From Psammoneis japonica (taxonomy: Eukaryota), in assembly GCA_008632985.1 (NCBI GenBank), contig QPGO01000007.1, positions 558,001 to 622,000 of the forward strand: a stretch of DNA of 64,000 nt, in the 5' to 3' direction. A program made the position numbers and the translations under genes. The notes under the pieces were generated by a model. The model searched no databases, was not told where the DNA came from, and saw nothing but the letters and a program-made list of their open reading frames with translations. Of this stretch, positions 1 through 10,739 are shown one piece after another. Positions within the stretch are counted from its first letter, which is position 1; every line of letters begins with the position of its first letter.

Positions 1-1899
1 GCCAGATCTGTCAGTCCCTCCATTATCTCTTGTCGTAGTCCAATTCTTTTACTCTCGCAATTATCGACGAAAGTCTCAATTTCCTTGCCAAACTCCGATG
101 ATTCTATTCTTTCGAGCGTCAAAGTATGGTCTATGAGAGGTTTGATCCAGTCGGTTACAAAAGACGGTTCCAAATACGCCAGTCCAGCGTCAACAAAAAT
201 GTCGCCCCGGGCTTCAAGAAGTCCTATTGCATCGCCACACGTAGCGTCATCAGACAGGGGGCGAAACCGATTCCATCTTGACACAAGCTCTGCAACTGAA
301 CAGTAAGGTCTTTTTACAGATATATCCGTTTCGCCTTCTGTAGTCGTCTTCATATTCCCAATCTCACCTAATTGGATAGCATCATCCGAACTTGCTACGG
401 AGAAAAGCACTTCCTCATCGGCATCTGCACTGCACTGAAGAACAGCGCCAAAGAGTTTCCACAGCTCTTGCCATGTCTTTGGGATAAGAGTACCGACACT
501 TGACAACCTCGGCTCGACATGATCCTGTGTGTGCCAAAAGATGGTATTGCTCACCTCTTCCCTCGCGCGTGCAATGGCACTTTCACTGGTTACGGATGTT
601 CCCAGAACATTGGGTAGGATCCGGAGCAGCGGCGGTTTCTTTTTCTTCATCGAGTCCTCTGGAATGACACGACCGTAACGAGTAACTTCCTCTCTTTCTC
701 GATCAGCGGCGGCATCATGCCATGCTCGAAGCTGCCGTTGCACTCTCGTCTCGAGCCATTGCTTTCGCCCCCACTCGTCCGGCACAAGATCAACCTTAGA
801 CAGGACAAGTTGCACCATGGCACCCGGTGCCCTTGCCTGCAGTAGCACAAGAAAGCGTTGCACCACTTCTTCATAGTAGTCTTCGTGTGCCTTATCTGCC
901 GCCACGACAAGTAAAAAGAGTGACGACGCTGTCATGAATGGTGCCTGCCCGACAGCATAGTCCTGCTGACCGCCGCAGTCATAGACCATTAGCGTAATTG
1001 GACCATCGCTGTATCCTTCGGAATCATATATGGGCACATGTTCCACGTCGAGATAGATTGTCCGTTCCTCCTCACCCTGTGTGACTGCTGGGAAACGGCC
1101 GGCAATGGCATTCCGCAGGCTCGTCTTCCCTGCTTCCCCGCCCCCCACGAGAACTGTCTTGAGCTTCCTGGATGTGGTTGCTCCTTTATCCACGGCTTCA
1201 AGTAACGAGCAATCTCCTGGAGGCCTTGTTCGGCAATCTCGGACGGGGGTTCCAACAGTGGATTGCCACCCACATCTAATTTACACGTTCCTCTAGCTTG
1301 ACAAAGGAGCGTGGAAGTCTTGTAATGCCATTGTAGCTCACATCTAGGTAACGGAGATGATTCGCCATTGCATTTTTTTCTCTTGCTTTTCCAATGGCCG
1401 CGACACCCTCGTCTCCAATGGAATTGTCGTGGAGAATGAGAACCGTCAATGTTGTGTTTGTTTCCATCGATTTTCCAACAGCCTTGACACCCTCATCTCC
1501 AATGGAATTGCAACCGAGATGAAGCCCTTTCAGTGTTGTGTTCATTTCTAGTGCTCTTCCAATGGATTTGGCAGCCTCGCATCCAATGGAATTGTGGTAG
1601 AGAGAAAGCTCCGCCAACGCTTTGTTCATTTCTAGCGCTTTTCCAATGGCCACAGCACCCTCCTCTCCAATGGAGTTGAAGTCGAGAACAAGCTTCGTCA
1701 ATGTTGTATTTGTTTCTAGTACTTTTCCAATGGCCACGGCAGCCCCGTCTCCAATGTGCTTGCCGCCGAGATCAAGCTTCGTCAATGTTGGATCATTCTC
1801 TTGGAAGCGACGAATTTTCTCTTGCTCATCTTGTCGCAAAGTGCCGAAGCAAGCCGCTGACAGGTCGATGCTGCTGGAACAACTTGACGACTGCTCCAT
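1..1899 (-). CDS. Roco-type protein (RI-like LRRs + ROC GTPase + start of COR); runs off the left edge; two apparent 1-bp frameshifts
   Basis: ORF 1899-1276 has 28-aa LRRs (LxxNSIGDEG). It is followed by GGNPLLEPPSEIAEQGLQEIARY. A frame open to position 1 then reads KLKTVLVGGGEAGKTSL (P-loop), VYDCGGQQDY (G3), VLSKVD (G4) and IPKTW. Frame breaks at ~1280 and ~1200 are each fixed by adding one base to a short A/T run. Confidence 0.85.
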
Positions 1900-2447
1900 T
1901 TTTTTTTTTGAAAATGAGACTTGTTTTCATGCAATCTCATCTTAGGCAAGCAGCGCCAGTATCTTTTTTGTTTCACTCGATTTTGCGCAAGGATGAGAGT
2001 CGTCGTCCGCCACATTCGTTGGCTGCGTTGCCTCTCTGCGATGAAACTGCTCGAATGGAATGGAGCAAATAAAAATTATGTATATCAGCAACGAGAAGAG
2101 ACAGTGTCAATGATGGGAGTGTTATGAGGGTTGCAATGGTGCTGTAATTGCAAAATGGCACAACAGTGGCGCCATGGTGCTTCACAAGAACACTGCCGCA
2201 CGCACGCACGCACGATATACGATACGATCGATCGCGCGCGCTGCGCTCCGTTCCTTGCGTCCGTCCGTCCGTCCTTCTCGACTGTTCCCAGTCTGGCCGT
2301 CACACAAACAAGAACATGCTGGAACAGAAAAGAACAAGCCTTCGATGGAATTCCTCGCGCGAAAACTGCGCGCGAAGGATCGCTCTCACTCGCTCACAAA
2401 ATCCAAAAGCAGAAAAAAGAAAGAAAGAAAGCAGCAAGCACTTGACG

Positions 2448-4295
2448 ATGAACCAATACTACTCGACGCTTCTCCGCAACGCTCTCTTGTCTGTTCTCAG
2501 ACAGGAGAATATGGTGCAGCGTCTTCCGTCAACTTCGGGCGAGCAGCGAAAGTTGCTTGGAGACGTGTTGATCGCATCCAATCAAAACTGGAAACAAGAA
2601 ACGTTGAAGGCGATTGATGAGTTGTTCGAGGCCGAGAAGAAGACGAGTGAGGGCATTGTTTCTGTCAATGAACTAAAGAATGATTGCGTATATCAAGGAT
2701 CTAACATATCTATATGGCAAGGTGACATTACAAAGTTGCAAGTAGACGCGATTGTCAATGCCGCAAACGATCAGGGCTTGGGGTGCTTTCAACCAAGTCA
2801 TGTCTGTATCGACAATGTGATTCACCGCAAGAGCGGACCGCGACTTCGATTGGCATGCAAGGTTGCCATGGACAAGCGTGGCGTGCCTCTTGCTGCTGGA
2901 ACAGAGCCAATGTTGACTCCTGGATTTCATTTGCCCGCGAAAAATGTCATTCACGTGACTGCACCACAGATTTCTAGTAGTGGAGGACATCCGACAAGAG
3001 AGGATCGAGAAGCACTTGCAAGTGCGTATTACAAGTCCTTGGATCTAGCAGCTACAAGTGGTTTGAACAGTATAGTATTTCCTTGCATCTCGACTGGCTT
3101 GTTCGGCTTTCCGGCGGATGAGGCTTCTCGTATTGCGTTGTCAACCACAGAGAAGTGGTTGAGTGAGCACCCAAACCAGACACAGCACGTTGTATTTGAT
3201 GTGTTTTCAGACAAGGACTATAATCTGTACCATCAACATATTGGTGAGTACTTTGTAGATTGCAAAGAGGCCATGACGATGAAGCCTTCCATTCGTTCGC
3301 AAAAGATTCAGCTGGCCAAAAACTGGATTGAAGAAGCCGATGCTGTCTTGATTTGTGCCGGCGCGGGGATGAGCGTCAAGGAGGGTGAAATGGTATATAC
3401 GAATCCAGAGGACTTTGCAAAGGCCTATCCGTGGTTTATGCAGTGGGGCTATCACACAAGCTATGAAGTTATGGGTTTGGAGGGAGACATGTCCGTTCCG
3501 CGAACTGCCAAGTGGGCCCTGTACGCCAAGCATATGGATAACATGCGTTGGGCATTTGCACCCAACGACGGATACGATGCATTGCTCAAGTTGGTTCAAA
3601 AGAAAAATTACTTTGTGCTTACTTCAAATGTGGATGCATGGTTTGAACGTTCCGGATTCTCCAAAGACCGCATCTATACGCCGCAAGGGGAATGGACCTA
3701 TTTGCAGTGTCAAAAACCTTGTCGAAGCGACTCTGTCTTCGAATCTCGTCCATATCTCGACAGAATCTTACCACAAATCTCCGACGATGGCTTCATTCCA
3801 CGAGAATTGATTCCAAAGTGTCCTCGGTGCGGCTCGGACATGTTTGGCAACGTTAGAGCTGGAGAAAACTTTCTTCACTGTCAATATGAAAACAGAAACG
3901 TCGCGCTCCGCACTTGGATGCAATCCTTGGTGGTATCCAACGCCAAGGTGGCGGTGATTGAAATTGGAGCTGGCTTCAATACACCCACGGTCACACGCTT
4001 TCCGGTCGAGTCGTTTGTTCGAGAGCTTGGAAAAAACGGCTCGCTCATTCGCATCAATCCAACGGAAGCTCAGGTTCCTCACGATTTGAATGCAATTGCA
4101 CTGGCTGAGGGATGGCAGGTGCTGGGTGATATTTTGAGCTGTGGTTCAGAGCTATCCAAGTTTGTTTCACTGAAGCAAGTGAGGGAGGATATGGCCAAGG
4201 AAGGACTAATGCTGGACGGTCGCATGTATTCTAACTATTTCGGTCACTTTGACTGGAGGCGTTTTCTCCTTCAGCTAAAGGATCGTCATCGCTAG
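2448..4295 (+). CDS. Zn-macrodomain (ADP-ribosylhydrolase) fused to class M sirtuin (SirTM)
   Basis: Macrodomain motifs WQGDITKLQVDAIVNAAN, LGCFQPSHVCIDNVIH and FPCISTGLFGFP. Sirtuin motifs CAGAGMS, TSNVD, YTPQGE, Zn Cys pairs and EIGAGFNTP. Intronless; the ATG at 2448 is preferred over the low-complexity upstream extension. Confidence 0.92.
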   Translation: MNQYYSTLLRNALLSVLRQENMVQRLPSTSGEQRKLLGDVLIASNQNWKQETLKAIDELFEAEKKTSEGIVSVNELKNDCVYQGSNISIWQGDITKLQVDAIVNAANDQGLGCFQPSHVCIDNVIHRKSGPRLRLACKVAMDKRGVPLAAGTEPMLTPGFHLPAKNVIHVTAPQISSSGGHPTREDREALASAYYKSLDLAATSGLNSIVFPCISTGLFGFPADEASRIALSTTEKWLSEHPNQTQHVVFDVFSDKDYNLYHQHIGEYFVDCKEAMTMKPSIRSQKIQLAKNWIEEADAVLICAGAGMSVKEGEMVYTNPEDFAKAYPWFMQWGYHTSYEVMGLEGDMSVPRTAKWALYAKHMDNMRWAFAPNDGYDALLKLVQKKNYFVLTSNVDAWFERSGFSKDRIYTPQGEWTYLQCQKPCRSDSVFESRPYLDRILPQISDDGFIPRELIPKCPRCGSDMFGNVRAGENFLHCQYENRNVALRTWMQSLVVSNAKVAVIEIGAGFNTPTVTRFPVESFVRELGKNGSLIRINPTEAQVPHDLNAIALAEGWQVLGDILSCGSELSKFVSLKQVREDMAKEGLMLDGRMYSNYFGHFDWRRFLLQLKDRHR

Positions 4296-4981
4296 AGACA
4301 CTCTGGTGAATTGTTCGTGCTAAGTTCTATCACCGTAGAAATTTAACTTTAGGATCAATTTACTTATTACATATAACTCTTGTAATTCGTGATCTCAGTC
4401 GTATAGGCGTTTCGTACAGTAGTTACCCCAGTAGAATTCGATGCCTTGCATTTCAATGTCTTGTATATCTCATCAGTAAAAACACTGCCAGTGAAGAAAG
4501 GGGCCAATAAATAAGAGTAGCATATTCTATGGCTCTCGTAGAGAGCAAAGGCAGAACATCACTCCTCTCTCAATGGTCGATAGAACACTGAAGCGGCGCG
4601 TGAGGATTGATGTGCGTCACCCACCTCCTATTTGTGTCTTTACGTGTTTCTTATTGCACACACAAGTGGCAGGAAGCACATGATAGTGTTTCAGTATGTA
4701 CAGTAGTAGGGCTCGGCGCCTCTTCACACCTCAAAAATCAAGTCAATCGAGTCAACTCAGATTTTCATGGGAATGAAATCACTCCAAAATCAGTCGGGGA
4801 AACAATTTGGCGATCTCGTGAAAATCTCGTTCAAACCATTTCGACATTGGCCACCAACACGATCCCCTTCCCACTCTCTCACTTTCGCCACTTCTCGTGT
4901 CGCTTCTCACACAAATTATTCATTTGCTGATTCTTCACGACGCCAATCCTCTCAAGTGCCCCTTCCTCTCCGACTACAACC

Positions 4982-5446
4982 ATGAAGTTTGATACCAAGA
5001 AGACGACGCCCATCAAGGACTCTCCCGGATGCCAGCGAAACGAGAACCCCTTCATCCCGGCAAGCCGTGGCGGAGACGACGAGACCTACGATTCTCCCAC
5101 TCTTGGACGAGAGAAGCGTTACGACGCTCATGTGGTCTTCTCTCCCACCATGAAGAGCGCTAGGGTCCAGCAGCAGTCTTCCGACGAAACGAAGAAGCAG
5201 AGCCTTTTCTCTGTATCGGAAAGCGACCTTGACGACTTGTGCCTTGGACTCAACTCGATGACCATCAAGGTGGAGAAAACGAAGAAGAAGTCGCCCAAGA
5301 AGCCTTTGCCCAAGAAGAAGTCGGTTGTACCGGATACGGCTCAGGACGAGAACGAGACGCTTGGATCCATCACGAAGCAGGCTCGCCACCGTCGTACCGG
5401 AAAGGTTGTTCCGGTTCGTCGTAGCGCTCGCATCTCCAGCGAGTAG
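4982..5446 (+). CDS. Small basic, probably disordered hypothetical protein ending in VRRSARIS
   Basis: 154-aa ORF with ATG in 'aaccATG' context, GC3-rich codons, TP/SP sites and a Lys-rich segment. No recognisable domain. Confidence 0.6.
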   Translation: MKFDTKKTTPIKDSPGCQRNENPFIPASRGGDDETYDSPTLGREKRYDAHVVFSPTMKSARVQQQSSDETKKQSLFSVSESDLDDLCLGLNSMTIKVEKTKKKSPKKPLPKKKSVVPDTAQDENETLGSITKQARHRRTGKVVPVRRSARISSE

Positions 5447-6448
5447 TAGTCGTACGGGAATGCGCCGGTTTCGTGGATGTTTGAGAAAGCTTCTTGCCAG
5501 TAGGGATAACTTACGATTGTAGTTGAGGTGACTGTTACAACACTATTCCATCTCTTGTAGCTTGAGTATATCGTAGTTCTTTTTTGTTCATCTTGCGTTC
5601 ATGTTCCACGCCTTGCGGTGGCGACTTGCGGCACGTATTTCTGTGAAGAGAGCGTCATGGCCGACATCGGACAGCAACAGCTTTCGGAAGAGTTTGCAGG
5701 AACCGCCCCTGATCGTTGAAGATGTCCTTTTTCGAGGACTCATCTGTATAATAGTATATGTTCATTAATACGCTATAAATTATAGCTAAATGCAAAAAAT
5801 ACTTTCATATTCATAAAAATGGATATAATTTATGACATGAAAAAATATATTTTCATTAATAACGGCAAGTAAGAAAGCATACCCGCTCAGCCAGGGAGAG
5901 TTTGCTGGGTTCTTGTGGGAGGGGGTGGACAGACGATTTTGATTAATCCGACCGACATTTCAATTTGCGAGGTGTTGGCCGCGATGATGATGTTTTCCAA
6001 CTTTTTGACAATGTGGCGCACGGCGCAACGTCCCCCTTTACACAAAAACCAAACAGAGTCGCAAAAGGCGAGCAATGTAGCTACTATATTTGAACAGCAC
6101 TTCTCTAGAAAGTGTGTAACGTTGGAACTTAGCTTGCTCCTAGATTGAGCACACTGATCCACCATTGGCCTCAGAAGTTTGCGCCTGCGACACGTTTTGA
6201 GTTTCTTTGTGATAACAGATGTTCACATGTTATCGCATAGCCACGCATGTCATTTAGCAGTGTCAGGAATTCCTTGCGGTTGTTTGTGCTTGATCTTGCA
6301 GTCGTGGCTCAGTCGTGGAAATGACTGAATTCGCGATCTGCACCTGCGGGAGAGCTCGAGCTCACTCGCTTGCTTAGCTCGCAATGATCTGGGATCGATC
6401 TCATTTTCTGTCATTTTCAGCACAGCCACAAAAACGACATCATTCACC

Positions 6449-7627
6449 ATGGCTGAAGAACTTACGCTCGACATCGGCTCCAAGAAGATACTCTCAGAGA
6501 AGCGCACTATCTGCTTCAACTATGATGATTTTGAAAGCCTCTCGGAAAAGCGTGAGCAGGCTGTCCAGTGTCCGTCGTCACTTTTGTGCCATGGGCACAT
6601 GTGGAAGTTGGATTTGTACCCACGTGGATGCAGCAAGTCGAGCTCTGTTGGGGATTATGTTTCGATTATGCTGTTGCGTGTGGACGGAGAGATGCATCGC
6701 TCGGTCGATGTTGTTGAGGTGATTTTCTCAATGCGAATTGGTAATGACGGACATCCCACGGAAGAAGTCCGGCATGCTTTCGGAGCTGGTGGTGGGGGCT
6801 GGGCGAACTTAGTCACACGTTCTGATGTCCTTGATCCAGACAACGGATTTCTACAGAACGGCACACTGTCAATAAAGGTTGACATTCAGATTGTTCGAAG
6901 CAGACCGGCAACATGGAGTCCGCGGGGCACGCTAAAAAATGATTTGATGGATTTGTTCAAACGCTCCGACCTCGCGGATGTCACCTTTTCAGTCGGTGGT
7001 GAAAAAGTAAAAGCTCACAAATCTATTTTGGCTGTTCGAGCGCCAGGCCTTGCTACCCTTCTAGAGGACGTAACTCAATCCACGGAGGAGATCCAGATTG
7101 AAAATGTGGACGCGTCTGTCTTTTCCGCATTTCTTCACTTTTTGTACTCTGATGGGCTTCCAACGAAACCGGCTGATGCAAACGATTGTAAGGCTCTGCT
7201 CAATGTAGCAGACAGGTATGATTGCTCCACCTTGAAACTCCAAATGGAAGCCAAGATTGCCGAGTCCGACATTACCGTCGAAACGGCTGTCGAGTTGCTT
7301 CTTTACGCGGACGGTAAAAACTGCGCGCATTTGAGAGAGCTCGCTATTGACTTTATCGTCGCCAACACTGAGGCTGTTATGGCTTCAGAGGGATTTTCCT
7401 TGTTGAAACAGTCTCCCGAGTTACTTACAGAGTTGCTGGGAGCCACCGTTAATCCCAAGGTTTACAGTGAAGATGACGATATCAACAACGTGGATCGTAT
7501 GAGCGTTGCCTCGCTGCGCCGAAAGCTCGACGAGGCCGGGCTTGATATGGACGGAACTCGCGACATGCTTGTGAAGCGTCTCAAGCGGGCAATGGCGGCA
7601 GCGCGTAAACAGAGACGCGTTTGTTAG
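6449..7627 (+). CDS. MATH-BTB/POZ (SPOP-like) protein with C-terminal SAP-like helix pair
   Basis: GHMWKLDLYPRG (MATH), ADVTFSVGGEKVKAHKSILAVRAP (BTB), MSVASLRRKLDEAGLDMDGTRDMLVKRL (SAP-like). Confidence 0.92.
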   Translation: MAEELTLDIGSKKILSEKRTICFNYDDFESLSEKREQAVQCPSSLLCHGHMWKLDLYPRGCSKSSSVGDYVSIMLLRVDGEMHRSVDVVEVIFSMRIGNDGHPTEEVRHAFGAGGGGWANLVTRSDVLDPDNGFLQNGTLSIKVDIQIVRSRPATWSPRGTLKNDLMDLFKRSDLADVTFSVGGEKVKAHKSILAVRAPGLATLLEDVTQSTEEIQIENVDASVFSAFLHFLYSDGLPTKPADANDCKALLNVADRYDCSTLKLQMEAKIAESDITVETAVELLLYADGKNCAHLRELAIDFIVANTEAVMASEGFSLLKQSPELLTELLGATVNPKVYSEDDDINNVDRMSVASLRRKLDEAGLDMDGTRDMLVKRLKRAMAAARKQRRVC

Positions 7628-8378
7628 CGTTCGATGATCTGTCTCTTTTTGTGTAATGGGTGACTGTGTAATGTGATGGGTGGGAGGGCCGTATGGAACT
7701 AATGGAACTGCCTACCTCTGCGAGTTTCTGATACATATTTTGTTCTTTGTAGAGACGTGGAACCAAGAAACGTGTCTTCAGTAGATGGGGGCAACGTACT
7801 CATTATTCCCGATTCTGATATAGATTCTATATCTTGAGACTCGCGATCGAAACAATTGAATTGAATTCAAGCCCAAAAGCTCGGTCGTGGTCTACAGACT
7901 CGGTAGCAATCATTGATTTATCACTACAGCACAAGCAGTAGTAGTTGTTCACTATGCCAATTTGGTAGCATGTTGTCTCTGCCACGAATCGTGGTGTTCC
8001 GAGTTGCATAATTCGCCGGAATGGCAGGAGCAAAGCATCCCTCAACTAACCTCTCTATGCCATTCAACTAGCTTTCGTGAGCGGTACCGTCAAGCTTCCG
8101 ATCCTATCTCTACCGAGGTGGTTGGATGCATCACGCCCTGCCACAATGAAATGCTTTGCATTGAAATCAATGGATCGTTCAAAGTGTTGTACAGTGTAAG
8201 CACTTCCTTCGAAAACTTGTCGAGCAAAAGTTACAGAACGTCGGCGTGAGCTTTTCCAAAAAATGCTACACCCAGGCATGTTATTAGACACACTGTTGCC
8301 TACTTCGTACCATACATGTCGATAAATTTCAAGTCTTTCAAAACTAGTGGATTAAAAATCTACAAAACTGGCACCTTT

Positions 8379-9716
8379 CTACACAGTCATAACATCCTTG
8401 ACGTACTTCTTCAGAGCAAGGTCCACTTTTTTCTTTGGGTCACAGACCGGAGCCAAATCTCCCTTTTTGGCATCACTTGCAAAGTGGTTTACATCACGAT
8501 GCTCGGCTTCATCCGCCCGGATGGCATACATGAGATCTAGTACAGTGCCGTTTTCGCCGAGGTGCCAGTACGCCTTGCCAATCTCAGGGGCAAGTTCTGT
8601 TCGCCACGCTGCAAGCTCACTTCCCTCCGGTGCTTCCTCAATGGCCTTGATGATCTTTGTGTAGGTTGAGCACGCCTCTTCTTCAACATACCCAACAAAT
8701 GAGTGGCAGAACTTGGGGCTAATGATGTAGGCGAGCCCATAAAAGGTTCCGAAACCAAGCTGACCACCAAGAACGGCGCTTCGCATAATCAAACCAGGGT
8801 TCTTCATCTTAACAAAGGTAAGAAGATGCATTCTCTCGTTCAGAGCTTCTTCCAGAAACATATTCAACATGCCACCATCGCGTTCCATTGCCCGAAGACT
8901 CTTAAAGTGACGGAGGATACCAGCTACCATTCCAGGGACAGCAGCGATCGTCTCGAGGTAAATAACTCTGTTCATGATCTTGTTTATCGTGATTTCTCCA
9001 TTCCAACCTGTGCCAAGGTCAAACAGGAATCGAACTGCCTTGACGGCACGGAAGGAGAGATTGTTTGTGATTCCCTCCGGTGCCTTGTGAGTGAGCTGAA
9101 TGTCGAGTTCACTGTCCGTGTAGGCATGCGTTTTACTTCCAAGAATATACTCGGCGCCACAGACTCCAATGCCGAGCTTCTTTGCGACAGCATCCTTATC
9201 AGCGGTCTTGGAAGCCGCCGTGTCCAAAGCTTCTATAAAGCGGTCGAAGGACACAGCTCCACCGCCTTTTCCAGAGTAGAAGCACTCAGTCAGGTTGTCA
9301 ATCTCATGCTCGGTAAATGATGTTTTGTACATCTGAAGAAGCTTACGGAATTCTTCTGGCTGCATCAGACCGTCGCGGTTCTCGTCAATAATCTGAAAGT
9401 CCTTCCTGATCTTCCGGAGAACGGTTGCATCCAAATTCGCAAAGCTGGCATCTCTAGTTTCGACCGCAGCCGCAGGCATAGTTGAGAACTTTCGAACTTG
9501 CTGAGGTGGAGTGGACATCATCTCTTTCAAATAGCAATAGTAAGAATCGCACGAAGGAGTGGAGGTGGGTGCTCCGGTTGTCTTTGGTTTGCTGTTGAAG
9601 TTGATGCGGTGGCCGGTGAATCGGCATGCCTGCGACGCCAGAGCAGCACTTGGGCGAGAAGCGGTGCTGTATAAGGCTCGGGTAGAAAAGGCTCGAGCTG
9701 AAAGTTTGATGATCAT
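8379..9716 (-). CDS. AOX: Mitochondrial alternative oxidase with N-terminal EF-hand region
   Basis: Diiron motifs LETIAAVPGMV, EEALNERMHL, VGYVEEEA and IRADEAEHRDVNH. Arg/Ser-rich presequence. EF-hand loop DENRDGLMQPEE. Confidence 0.95.
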   Translation of the reverse strand: MIIKLSARAFSTRALYSTASRPSAALASQACRFTGHRINFNSKPKTTGAPTSTPSCDSYYCYLKEMMSTPPQQVRKFSTMPAAAVETRDASFANLDATVLRKIRKDFQIIDENRDGLMQPEEFRKLLQMYKTSFTEHEIDNLTECFYSGKGGGAVSFDRFIEALDTAASKTADKDAVAKKLGIGVCGAEYILGSKTHAYTDSELDIQLTHKAPEGITNNLSFRAVKAVRFLFDLGTGWNGEITINKIMNRVIYLETIAAVPGMVAGILRHFKSLRAMERDGGMLNMFLEEALNERMHLLTFVKMKNPGLIMRSAVLGGQLGFGTFYGLAYIISPKFCHSFVGYVEEEACSTYTKIIKAIEEAPEGSELAAWRTELAPEIGKAYWHLGENGTVLDLMYAIRADEAEHRDVNHFASDAKKGDLAPVCDPKKKVDLALKKYVKDVMTV

Positions 9717-9904
9717 GGTGGTGATGGTGTGTTGGTACTGTAGTTGTTGTTGTTATCTGCGATGCTGATTTTTTTGTGAGAGGAGAAGGGATCGATTTTG
9801 TGAGACTTTTTCGGTCGTCGGGCTTTGGCCTTTTCGGACAAAAAGCCTCTTTCCGTCCGGCGCGGCTGTCGCAAGCCCGGCGTACATAAATCCTGATAGT
9901 AAAA

Positions 9905-9970
9905 TGTCCGAAAAACATCCGAAAAACTCCGAGATCCACCGAAACACCGAATGGGACCAAAATCCGAACT
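9905..9970 (-). promoter_or_regulatory. Phased TCGG/CCGA motif cluster ~190-250 bp upstream of AOX
   Basis: CCGA at 9908, 9919, 9929, 9939, 9947 and 9964. Regulatory role is inferred only from position and spacing. Confidence 0.35.
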
Positions 9971-10026
9971 TATCGCTCGCCACGTCGACAAAACATGAAT
10001 CGCGTGGCTTTCTTGTCCACACGTTT

Positions 10027-10475
10027 GGATCCGAGTAAGGACTCTGCCACCCGCCGCTTCGGACTAGATCTCGGGTGATCCTAGTCAAGAACCACTAAGA
10101 AGTAACAAATCATTAGGACACTTAGGAGACTCACAGAGTAAAGCTTTCGGCACAAGCTCTGCTCCGTGCAAGGGGGGATGGGGAAAACCCATGCCCTCCA
10201 CAGGGTCCTGCAGCAACACAGGGGCTCTGCTGACAAACCGGAGCAGTGCGAGTGCCTCGGGCGTTTTCGAGTGCCAATCTCGCGAATTGTTCCCTTCGGC
10301 ATTGCGTGACGTTGGGCACAATTTTGAGAACAGAAGGTCAACTCGAACGAAGACACGCCAGGCCAAGTTTTCCCGTGCGAAAACCAAAGCCGTCGAAGGT
10401 CTTGTGCTGCTCGGTTGTCTTGAACCTCGTCTCATCGACTCCCGGGGCCGAATGAGACAGGTCGAGCTCCAATCC
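10027..10475 (-). repeat. Split direct repeat B2 (449 bp)
   Basis: Colinear with 10739-11187 from ggatccgag to aatcc. Confidence 0.95.
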
Positions 10476-10492
10476 AGGGTGAGGTGGGTGGG

Positions 10493-10739
10493 TAAAAAAG
10501 AACAATGCTTTTCCTGGCTTGTGTGATCCAGTCACGTTGATCAGGGTTCCTGCTCCAATCAAGCTGGAAAAGTGAGAAAAGAGAGAGCCGAAGTTTGGCC
10601 GGTCACAGTCGGAAGACTGGACTGGGCCATCTTGAGGCGGAAGTCCCATGCTTCCAAAATGGATCAGGCGAGAGGTCACAGTCACAGCGGGGGGTTGATT
10701 CGAGTCAGTCCGTCTCCATCTAAACTTGGGTGCGAGGAG
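10493..10739 (-). repeat. Split direct repeat A2 (~247 bp)
   Basis: Colinear with 18972-19219, with one G-run indel. Confidence 0.95.

Noticed and set aside
1195..1285. Programmed ribosomal frameshifting in the Roco gene
   Set aside because: No slippery heptamer, and the same 1-bp homopolymer deficit recurs in unrelated genes.
2148..2447. 100-aa N-terminal extension of the macro-sirtuin ORF
   Set aside because: Non-ATG start running through microsatellite-like promoter sequence (cgca, gtcc repeats). ATG 2448 is more plausible.
5745..5880. Very AT-rich stretch as centromere or origin
   Set aside because: Only ~130 bp, which is compatible with ordinary intergenic sequence.
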